Below are positions 57,391-64,000 of a stretch of 64,000 nt of DNA, in pieces. Under the pieces are notes generated by a model. It was not told the origin of the DNA and did not search any database. It saw nothing but the letters and a program-made list of their open reading frames with translations. Position 1 is the first letter of the stretch; every line of letters begins with the position of its first letter. The stretch comes from Minisyncoccota bacterium (GTDB taxonomy: Bacteria; Patescibacteriota; Minisyncoccia; UBA6257; 2-01-FULL-56-20): positions 133,774-197,773 of the forward strand of contig DATJLR010000002.1 of the NCBI GenBank assembly GCA_035509435.1, written 5' to 3'. The position numbers and the translations under genes were made by a program.

Positions 57391-58104
57391 ATGCCACCTA
57401 AAAAGAATTTTCTCGGCAAGCGAATTGTGGTCTTTACGGCGCATCCGGACGACGAAGGCCTCGCCGCGGGGACGATGTACGCAAACCACCAGGCGGGCGG
57501 CGAGACGTTCCTGATCTGCGCCACGTACGGCGAGAAGGGAAAGTCCCATTTGGAAAAGCCCGTCTCTGACGCGGCGCTCAAGCGCATCCGCAAAGACGAG
57601 ATGCTCGCCGCCGCGAAGATATTAAAAATAGATGAAGTGCTGTTCCTTGGATTTCCCGACGCGGAGGTAAGGGAGAATTCCCGGAAGCTTTTTGAGATGG
57701 CGCTGCCTATCATCCGGAGGATCGCGCCGGACCAGATCCTGAGCTTCGGCCCTGATGGCGTAAGCGCGCACTGGGACCACATCACTGTCGGCAGCGTGGC
57801 GCTCCGCATCGCAAAGAAGCTCAAGGTTCCCATGGCGGCATTCACGCTTTCCGCAGAGCGGATCGCCGTGATACGCAAGGGTGCAATTCTTTCTCGGCGC
57901 AAGTTTGGCAAATACGCCGGGATCCCGAAGCACCGCAAGGGCGATATTCAGGTAAAAGTGGACCTTCCGATAAAGCGCCGCGCGATGCGGTTGCACGTTT
58001 CGCAATTCGGGGCCAAAGGGCAATTCTCGCTGTTGCCCAAAAACGGCGCCGAAACGGCCTTCAGGTACGAGCATTTTGTTGATGAAAAAATAAGAGTAAA
58101 ATAA
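57391..58104 (+). CDS. PIG-L/LmbE-family N-acetylglucosaminyl deacetylase
   Basis: VVFTAHPDDE motif and a downstream His/Asp pattern. Confidence 0.75.
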   Translation: MPPKKNFLGKRIVVFTAHPDDEGLAAGTMYANHQAGGETFLICATYGEKGKSHLEKPVSDAALKRIRKDEMLAAAKILKIDEVLFLGFPDAEVRENSRKLFEMALPIIRRIAPDQILSFGPDGVSAHWDHITVGSVALRIAKKLKVPMAAFTLSAERIAVIRKGAILSRRKFGKYAGIPKHRKGDIQVKVDLPIKRRAMRLHVSQFGAKGQFSLLPKNGAETAFRYEHFVDEKIRVK

Positions 58105-58376
58105 TGAAAATGAAAAAGATCCCGCCATTCACCCAGCGTGTCTATGACGTCGTCGCAAAGATCCCGCGCGGGAAGACGATGACGTACCGCGAGGTCGCGC
58201 GCCGCGCCGGGCGTCCCGACGCATACCGCGCAGTGGGGAACATCATGCATCGCAATCCGGACACTACGCGCGTGCCGTGCCATCGCGTGGTGCGTTCCGA
58301 TGGCACCCCCGGCGGGTACGCGAGCGGCACGCGCAAGAAGATCGCGATCCTGCGCCGCGAAGGCGCGCTCAAATAA
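58104..58376 (+). CDS. ogt: methylated-DNA-protein-cysteine methyltransferase (MGMT, DNA-binding/active-site domain only)
   Basis: IPRGKTMTYREVA HTH and PCHRVV active-site motif; 90 aa. Confidence 0.7.
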   Translation: MKMKKIPPFTQRVYDVVAKIPRGKTMTYREVARRAGRPDAYRAVGNIMHRNPDTTRVPCHRVVRSDGTPGGYASGTRKKIAILRREGALK

Positions 58377-58427
58377 GGGCGCCGACGGTGGGCGGTCTCG
58401 CGCCGCTGATTTTGTTATAATAGAGGC

Positions 58428-58883
58428 ATGAACGCTTTGACCGCTCTAAAAATATTGGCTGTTGTTTTTGCCGTGATCATCGTCGTCCTGCTTGCGGTGC
58501 TCATCTTTTATCCCGGCCCGGCGAAGGCGCCGACGGTGCCGGCGGGCGTCATTTCCTCCGATGGGCATATGGCAGTGACGTCGCTCAAGCCGGACGGACT
58601 CGTTGCTTCGCCGCTCACGGTAACCGGTGCAGTGACCGGCGGCGGTTGGTTTTATGAGGCGACATTCCCCGTGAAGGTGTTGGATAGCGACGGGACAGAG
58701 CTCGGCGTCGCGGCGGCCCAGGCCCAGGCCGACTGGACGTCCACCGGGACGGTGCCGTTCACGGCGATCGTGCAGTTCTCCGCGCCGCAGGGCGCCACCG
58801 GCACGGTAGTGCTTTCCAAAGACAATCCGTCCGGCGATCCCGCGAATGACGAGTCGCTCAGCATTCCGGTGCGGTTCAAATAA
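58428..58883 (+). CDS. membrane-anchored Ig-like (Gmad2-like) hypothetical protein
   Basis: N-terminal TM; beta-rich C-terminal domain. Confidence 0.4.
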   Translation: MNALTALKILAVVFAVIIVVLLAVLIFYPGPAKAPTVPAGVISSDGHMAVTSLKPDGLVASPLTVTGAVTGGGWFYEATFPVKVLDSDGTELGVAAAQAQADWTSTGTVPFTAIVQFSAPQGATGTVVLSKDNPSGDPANDESLSIPVRFK

Positions 58884-58894
58884 CAAGCAAATTC

Positions 58895-59428
58895 ATGTCA
58901 CGCGAAAATCCTTCAGCGGCCGCGGCCGCGGCGGCGGAAAGCGAAGAAAAAAAGACCTTTGAAGAGGACCATTTTTTTGATAGTACGCTGGAGAGCGTCA
59001 ACAAAGCGGAAGATATCGTGGAAAAGCAGCTTGCCGCGTTCGGATGGCCGGAGGATATTGCTTATCGCTTTTGCCTTTCCGTGCGGGAGGCGATGGCCAA
59101 TGCGGTCATTCACGGGAATTTGGGATTGACGATGGGGAAAGACGAGGACGGTTATTCAGCGCGTATTGCAGAAGCGCAACGGTCGGAGGAAAATAAAGCA
59201 AAGAGGGTCAAAGTATATTATCACCTTACCAAAGATGAGGCGACGGTCCACATAAAAGACGAGGGGAATTTTATCCCGACAATAAAAAGGGATCCGACAA
59301 CCGGCGAGGCATTGCTCAAAGGCAGCGGTCGCGGCCTTTTTTTGATAGATAAAGGCATCGACAACCTCCAGTTCTTTCCGGGCGAGATCATTCTGCATAA
59401 GCAGAACAGGGACGAGGATGCGATATAA
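58895..59428 (+). CDS. anti-sigma regulatory factor / GHKL ATPase (RsbW/SpoIIAB-like)
   Basis: N box EAMANAVIHGN and G2 box GSGRGLFLI. Confidence 0.6.
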   Translation: MSRENPSAAAAAAAESEEKKTFEEDHFFDSTLESVNKAEDIVEKQLAAFGWPEDIAYRFCLSVREAMANAVIHGNLGLTMGKDEDGYSARIAEAQRSEENKAKRVKVYYHLTKDEATVHIKDEGNFIPTIKRDPTTGEALLKGSGRGLFLIDKGIDNLQFFPGEIILHKQNRDEDAI

Positions 59429-59442
59429 AAAGTGAACTCCGC

Positions 59443-59706
59443 CTAGCGATCGCGAGGCGGAGGAAAAGGGAGAACAAGGTTTTTGGCGGCGACGGTGCGC
59501 TGTTTTGCGAGCGATCTTTTTTTTGCGTTCGCCCGATAACGGAGCTTTTGGCGGATGATCCTGAATACATCATTCCGGTCATTCGCCCTCTTAAAGCCGC
59601 TGAGATCGAGCGCACGCCCGATCGCGAAGCCGCGTTCATTTCCTTCATCGAGAAATTCTGCGGCTTTGTCGGTGATCTGTTCGATCAATTTATTGGGATA
59701 GCCCAC
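59443..59706 (-). CDS. hypothetical small basic protein
   Basis: GTG start with GGAAGGAGAG SD; 87 aa, Arg/Lys-rich C-terminus. Confidence 0.45.
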   Translation of the reverse strand: MGYPNKLIEQITDKAAEFLDEGNERGFAIGRALDLSGFKRANDRNDVFRIIRQKLRYRANAKKRSLAKQRTVAAKNLVLPFPPPRDR

Positions 59707-59760
59707 GGATCTCTCCTTCCGTGATCGGTTGTTCGTGCTGATTTCTTTTTAGCACATATT

Positions 59761-60321
59761 TTATTTTATGTCAAACATTACATTATATTCCTTTGCCGCC
59801 CAGACTTTTCCCGCATACTCCACGCCGATGCGCTTTCCCGTGATGATCTTCGTGCGGGGTACCCGAATGCCGCGATCCTCGAACCACAGTCCGTTTTTTC
59901 GCGCAGCGGCCAGCCGGTTTTGGCCGCCGGTGACACCGAGGAATTTTGCGAGGCGTGCAGGGCCGGTCACGTGAACGAGCGCGCCGGTCTTCGGGTTGCG
60001 GTACGCGCCTGCTCGCAGAAGGATCGCCGCCGGATAGCCCTCCGGGCCGGTTACCACGTTCACCATCCAGTGCATGCCGTATGTAAAATAGACATAAAAC
60101 ACGCCGGCGGGGCCGAACATCACGGTGGTCCGGGGGGTGCGGCCGCGAAACGCGTGTGAGGCACGGTCCAGAGGTCCGTCGTAGGCTTCGACCTCCGTGA
60201 TCATGAGGGCGACCGGCTTCCTGCCGTCGCGCCGGCGCACGATATATTTGCCAAGCAGATCCCGAGCTACCAGAAGCGCCGAACGTTCAAAAAAAGAGTT
60301 GGAAAGCGGTTTTCCTGTCAT
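59761..60321 (-). CDS. mpg: DNA-3-methyladenine glycosylase (Mpg/AAG family)
   Basis: VEAYDG..DRASHAFRGRTPRTTVMFGPAGVFYVYFTYGMHWMVNVV family signature; ATG at 60321. Confidence 0.8.
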   Translation of the reverse strand: MTGKPLSNSFFERSALLVARDLLGKYIVRRRDGRKPVALMITEVEAYDGPLDRASHAFRGRTPRTTVMFGPAGVFYVYFTYGMHWMVNVVTGPEGYPAAILLRAGAYRNPKTGALVHVTGPARLAKFLGVTGGQNRLAAARKNGLWFEDRGIRVPRTKIITGKRIGVEYAGKVWAAKEYNVMFDIK

Positions 60322-60337
60322 TTGATACAATTATAGT

Positions 60338-61618
60338 ATGTCATCTGGGAGCCCGGGGCGAAAAGCCTTTACTCTTATTGAACTTCTCGTCGTGATCGCG
60401 ATCATCGCGATCCTCGCTGTCGTTGTCGTTCTTACTTTAAATCCCGCCGAACTGCTTCGGCAGTCCCGTGACGCAAACCGCGTTTCCGACATGGCGACCC
60501 TTGTGTCTGCGGTCAATCTTTATAATACCGACCAGTCGGGAGGTTCGGGCTTTAATCTGGGATCCCCAAACACGGTATACGTATCAATAGCTGACCCTTC
60601 CGCCACAAGCACCGCGGGGGACCAGTGCCAGGGATTGGGCCTCGTTTCCCTTCCGGGCAATTATTCTTACCATTGCGCCGCAAGCTCGACCTACCGCCAG
60701 GTGAACGCAAACGGCTGGATACCGGTGAATTTCCAGGGAATTACTGCAGGAACTCCGCTTTCCTCTCTGCCCGTCGATCCCACTAATAATTCTTCTTCCC
60801 GCCTCTACTATACGTACGCGACGAACGGAACCCAGTTCGAGGTGACGGCTTCCATGGAATCCCAGAAATACCAGCTGGGAGGAAGCGGGGATGTCATTTC
60901 TGGCGACGGGGGACCTCTCGCCTCTGTGTATGAAAAAGGGACCGTGGGCCTTGAGCCGCTTGACGCCGGGGACAACACGCTTCTTTTATTCTGGCCGCTG
61001 AACGAAGGAACCGGAACGGTGGTGTATGACGGGTCCGGCAATAATGCGACGGGAAGCCTCCTCAATGCGCCTACTTGGAACACTTCCCCCTGCAAGCTTA
61101 CCAGTTGTATTTATTTTGGAAGCCTGAGTCCTTACGTGAAAGGTCCGTCCATGACCATGAATCTGAATACCAGCGCGTATACATACTGCGCGTGGTTTTA
61201 TGTACCGAGTTCGTCGTACTCGGTAAGCGATTACGGGGACGTACTTTTGTCGATGGGCTATCCGACGATCGGCATCAAGCTGGGACTTGGTTCAAGCAGT
61301 ATCTCTATCGTAGCCTATGTAAACGGTGGTGCTTATGCGGCGTATGGAACAGCGAGCTATAATCAGTGGCATCAGGGTTGCGTCGTGTTTGCCGGGTTCG
61401 GGAGCTCTCTTAGGACATACTATTTCGACGGAGCGGCAGTGGGAAGCGACACCTCCGGCTCCGTGGTAAGCTCTACCGCCAATTTCTTTATAGGAAATAA
61501 CGGGCTCTCGTGCTGCGGCACCACTAGTAACGGTCCGGACTACTTGAATGACATACGGTTTTATGACCGGGCGCTTACGCCCGCGCAGATAGCTGCACTG
61601 TATAGCGGAGGAAAGTAG
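60338..61618 (+). CDS. type IV pilin-like protein with C-terminal LamG (concanavalin-like) domain
   Basis: Class III signal RKAFTLIELLVVIAIIAIL with Glu+5; C-terminal LamG pattern (LNEGTG..DGSGNN.. DIRFYDRALTPAQIAALY). Confidence 0.7.
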   Translation: MSSGSPGRKAFTLIELLVVIAIIAILAVVVVLTLNPAELLRQSRDANRVSDMATLVSAVNLYNTDQSGGSGFNLGSPNTVYVSIADPSATSTAGDQCQGLGLVSLPGNYSYHCAASSTYRQVNANGWIPVNFQGITAGTPLSSLPVDPTNNSSSRLYYTYATNGTQFEVTASMESQKYQLGGSGDVISGDGGPLASVYEKGTVGLEPLDAGDNTLLLFWPLNEGTGTVVYDGSGNNATGSLLNAPTWNTSPCKLTSCIYFGSLSPYVKGPSMTMNLNTSAYTYCAWFYVPSSSYSVSDYGDVLLSMGYPTIGIKLGLGSSSISIVAYVNGGAYAAYGTASYNQWHQGCVVFAGFGSSLRTYYFDGAAVGSDTSGSVVSSTANFFIGNNGLSCCGTTSNGPDYLNDIRFYDRALTPAQIAALYSGGK

Positions 61619-61628
61619 GTGGTATAAT

Positions 61629-62294
61629 GTGCCCATGATATCCCCGAAAGAACTGCCGCAGTACAAAAAACGCTGGACGAAGATCGCGAAGACCTTGCGC
61701 AAGCTCTTTCCGCATCCCAAGATCGCGCTCACGTTCGGCAACGCCTGGGAACTGCTCGTGGCCGTCCAGCTTTCCGCGCAATGCACGGACAAGAAGGTCA
61801 ACCAGGTGACGCCGGCGCTTTTTAAAAAATACCCGACTCTTGATGCCTACGTGAAAGCGGGTAAGAGCGCGCGCGGGGTGCGGGAGTTCGAGAACGCGAT
61901 CCACGCCTGCGGTTTCTATCGCGCGAAGACGCGTAACATCCTCGCGGCGGCGAAGTACGTAAAAGAGAAGTGTCATGGCAAATTGCCGAAGACGATGGCG
62001 GAGATGGTAAAAGTTCCGGGCGTCGGCCGCAAATCGGCGAACGTCATTCTCGGCAACGCGTACGGCGTGGTGGAGGGGATCGCGGTGGACACGCACGTGA
62101 TGCGCCTTTCGCAGGTGCTCGGACTCACCAAAGAAAAGACGCCGGAAAAGATCGAACAGGACCTGATGGCGATCATTCCGAAGAAGGACTGGTTCACCGC
62201 CACGTATATGATCATCGACTATGGCCGCGCCTATTGCGTGGCGCGTCCGCATGACCATGCGCATTGCCCGCTCACGAAGGTGCTGGAAAAATAA
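61629..62294 (+). CDS. nth: endonuclease III
   Basis: HhH-GPD motif VPGVGRKSANVIL, catalytic Lys/Asp context, C-terminal 4Fe-4S Cys cluster (C..x6..C..C..HC). Confidence 0.85.
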   Translation: MPMISPKELPQYKKRWTKIAKTLRKLFPHPKIALTFGNAWELLVAVQLSAQCTDKKVNQVTPALFKKYPTLDAYVKAGKSARGVREFENAIHACGFYRAKTRNILAAAKYVKEKCHGKLPKTMAEMVKVPGVGRKSANVILGNAYGVVEGIAVDTHVMRLSQVLGLTKEKTPEKIEQDLMAIIPKKDWFTATYMIIDYGRAYCVARPHDHAHCPLTKVLEK

Positions 62295-62311
62295 GCTGGT
62301 ATAATAACGGG

Positions 62312-63502
62312 ATGGTCCATCGCGGCTCACACTCCGCTTTTACGCTCATCGAGCTCCTCGTTGTGATCGCGATCATCGCGATCCTTGCGGTCGTCGTCGT
62401 GCTGACGCTGAACCCCGCGGAGCTTCTGCGCCAATCCCGTGATGCGAACCGGATAAGCGATATGGCAACGCTCCAAAACGCCATCAACCTCTATAGCGTG
62501 GACCAGTCGGGCGCATCATCGTATTCGCTTGGCACGAGCACGGTCGTATATGTTTCAATGCCCGACAGCTCGCCCACGTGCGGCGATCTTGGGCTTCCCG
62601 CGCTTCCCGCCGGCGATTCGTATTCATGCGGATCGGCCACGTCGTCGCGCGCGAATGCGAGCGGCTGGATCCCGATCAACTTTCAGAACATCTCAAGCGG
62701 CGCGCCGATCAGCGCGCTTCCCGTGGATGCCACCAATAATTCCTCATCGTGGCTTTATTACACCTATACGACGGCGGGCGGCAAATATCAGATCACCGCG
62801 CATTTGGAATCGCAGAAATATCTTGCAAGTGAACCGGCGTCCGGCGGCGCGGACCCGCTTCTCTACACCGCGGGCACGAACCTCTCGCTCGCGCCGTTCG
62901 CCGGAGGCATGGCTGCCTGGTGGCCGTTGAACGAAGGTGCAGGCACGACGGCGTACGACGATTCCGGCTTTGGCCACAACGGCACGCTCTACGCGAGCAC
63001 GACGCCGACCGCGTTCTGGACCACATCCGGCTGCAAGCTTGCCGCGTGTCCCGGCTTTTCCGGCGGGAGCCTTTACTTTGTTTCCACCACCTATCCGAAC
63101 GTTGTCACGAATACGAACATTTTCACATGGACAGCGTGGTTTGACATGAACAACACCGGCAACGTCGTCATCGTCGGCAATCGCTACGGCTCCACGTGGA
63201 TGAAGCTCACGCCGAGCGCCTGGGAAGTGACCGGAGGCATCATCGCGAATGTCCTGCCAAAGAACCAATGGGAGCAGGTCGTCATCGTAAAGAGCGGCCA
63301 GAACTATTCTTATTATCTGAACGGCTCGCTCGTGGGTGCCGCCACGGGGCCCAGTACGAATGCCACGTTACCGTTCTACATCGGTTATGATCCCAATTTC
63401 CCGGGTGATGGTTCGATGACGGGACAGATGAACAACGTCCGCATCTATGAGCGAGCCCTCAGTGGAAGCGAGATCCAGGCGCTGTATAACGCGGGGGAGT
63501 AA
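62312..63502 (+). CDS. type IV pilin-like protein with C-terminal LamG domain (paralog)
   Basis: HSAFTLIELLVVIAIIAIL; LNEGAG..DSGFGHNG..VRIYERALSGSEIQALY; ATG 62312 chosen inside the TTG-initiated ORF 62264. Confidence 0.7.
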   Translation: MVHRGSHSAFTLIELLVVIAIIAILAVVVVLTLNPAELLRQSRDANRISDMATLQNAINLYSVDQSGASSYSLGTSTVVYVSMPDSSPTCGDLGLPALPAGDSYSCGSATSSRANASGWIPINFQNISSGAPISALPVDATNNSSSWLYYTYTTAGGKYQITAHLESQKYLASEPASGGADPLLYTAGTNLSLAPFAGGMAAWWPLNEGAGTTAYDDSGFGHNGTLYASTTPTAFWTTSGCKLAACPGFSGGSLYFVSTTYPNVVTNTNIFTWTAWFDMNNTGNVVIVGNRYGSTWMKLTPSAWEVTGGIIANVLPKNQWEQVVIVKSGQNYSYYLNGSLVGAATGPSTNATLPFYIGYDPNFPGDGSMTGQMNNVRIYERALSGSEIQALYNAGE

Positions 63503-63577
63503 GGCCGTATTTTACCGCTATCCCCATTTCCCTTTGGCCCTCATTATGCTAGAATAGATATTGTTAGTTAGAAGAAA

Positions 63578-63620
63578 GACCGCTTTCCGGTGTGAGGCCG
63601 GAACGCGGTTTTTCGTTTTT
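63578..63620 (+). terminator. rho-independent terminator after the pilin gene
   Basis: ACCGCTTTCCGG-TGTGAGG-CCGGAACGCGGT followed by TTTTTCGTTTTT. Confidence 0.6.
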
Positions 63621-63741
63621 GACTCCCCATTAAATTTCGATTAAAATAGTCGGGTAGAGAAAGTTTGGATGAGTCACCCCTATAGCCCCCGGGCAAGGGG
63701 CGCTTTGCACATTTGTCGCGTGGCGCGGCGTATAAAAAACC

Positions 63742-64000
63742 ATGAACCATTTTGAGATCATTTCCGACAACCAGCCCGCGGGGGACCAGCCGAAGGCGAT
63801 CGCATCGCTTGTTTCGGGTTTGCGCGAGGATTTGCGCGACCAGACACTGCTTGGCGTCACCGGTTCCGGGAAAAGCGTCGTCGCTTCTACGCAAGTTCTT
63901 ATTAAGGATGCATTTGGCGAACGCTCCGCTCTTATAGGCGATGTCGTTGATGGTGAGTTTTCGCGCCGAAAGGATCAGATCGCACTGTCTGGGGACACTG
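63742..64000 (+). CDS. UvrB-like protein, N-terminal part (3' end outside window)
   Basis: [11 protein letters not shown]......[12 protein letters not shown] matches the UvrB N-terminus through helicase motif I, but the following 40 aa diverge from the conserved UvrB RPTLVLAHNKTLAAQL block. Confidence 0.4.
   Translation, partial: MNHFEIISDNQPAGDQPKAIASLVSGLREDLRDQTLLGVTGSGKSVVASTQVLIKDAFGERSALIGDVVDGEFSRRKDQIALSGDT

Noticed and set aside
63568-63894. 108-aa minus-strand ORF
   Set aside because: Overlaps the pilin terminator and the uvrB-like start; no SD.

Overview
High-GC (about 60%), gene-dense bacterial window with many 4-bp ATGA overlaps, short leaders and minimal protein versions; this is compatible with a small-genome Patescibacteria/CPR-like organism (inference only). 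All coordinates are 1-based in the window.

- 1–10 kb: housekeeping genes including a consolidated sugar-phosphate cluster (gap, rpiB, rpe, a split transketolase with an inserted membrane-protein gene, pfkB-type kinase, class II fba) that is interrupted by a HicB/HicA toxin-antitoxin pair.
- 10–25 kb: rplY, an SLT-domain murein hydrolase, an M16 peptidase, an AI-2E transporter, metG, a NUDIX hydrolase, tatD, a second HicB/HicA pair, a leuS that carries an inserted NUDIX domain, htrA, and rRNA methyltransferases.
- 25.5–29.4 kb: a tRNA cluster (Ser-TGA, Ala-GGC, Arg-CCT, Ser-CGA, Thr-CGT) together with tRNA-like fragments, an AT-rich islet and an unassigned 340-bp spacer.
- 29.5–30.6 kb: prfB with its programmed +1 frameshift site (CTT TGA C).
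- 30.7–33.2 kb: a complete diversity-generating retroelement (DGR). The most striking system in the window, it comprises a target gene with a 135-bp C-terminal variable repeat (VR), a 135-bp template repeat (TR) differing from the VR at 23 positions that are all TR adenines, an Avd-like gene on the opposite strand, and a reverse transcriptase with an IRYADDF motif.
- 33.7–35.3 kb: ftsEX.
- 35–49.5 kb: a long block of secreted or membrane-anchored proteins. It includes a CAP-domain protein, Ser/Thr-rich surface proteins next to a putative glycosyltransferase and a SAM methyltransferase, WxL-like and DUF916-like proteins, an FN3-dockerin protein and two cohesin-domain proteins.
- 49.6–56.3 kb: an F1Fo ATP synthase operon (a, c, b, delta, alpha, gamma, beta, epsilon) with a small coiled-coil gene plus a 20-bp inverted-repeat element inserted between atpG and atpD.
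- 56.3–64 kb: two beta-carbonic-anhydrase-like paralogs, a PIG-L deacetylase, an MGMT, an anti-sigma kinase, mpg, nth, two type IV pilin-like LamG proteins and a UvrB-like N-terminus at the window edge.

No CRISPR array, rRNA gene or transposase was seen. Many long ORFs in the track are antisense shadows of real genes in GC-rich coding sequence and were not called.
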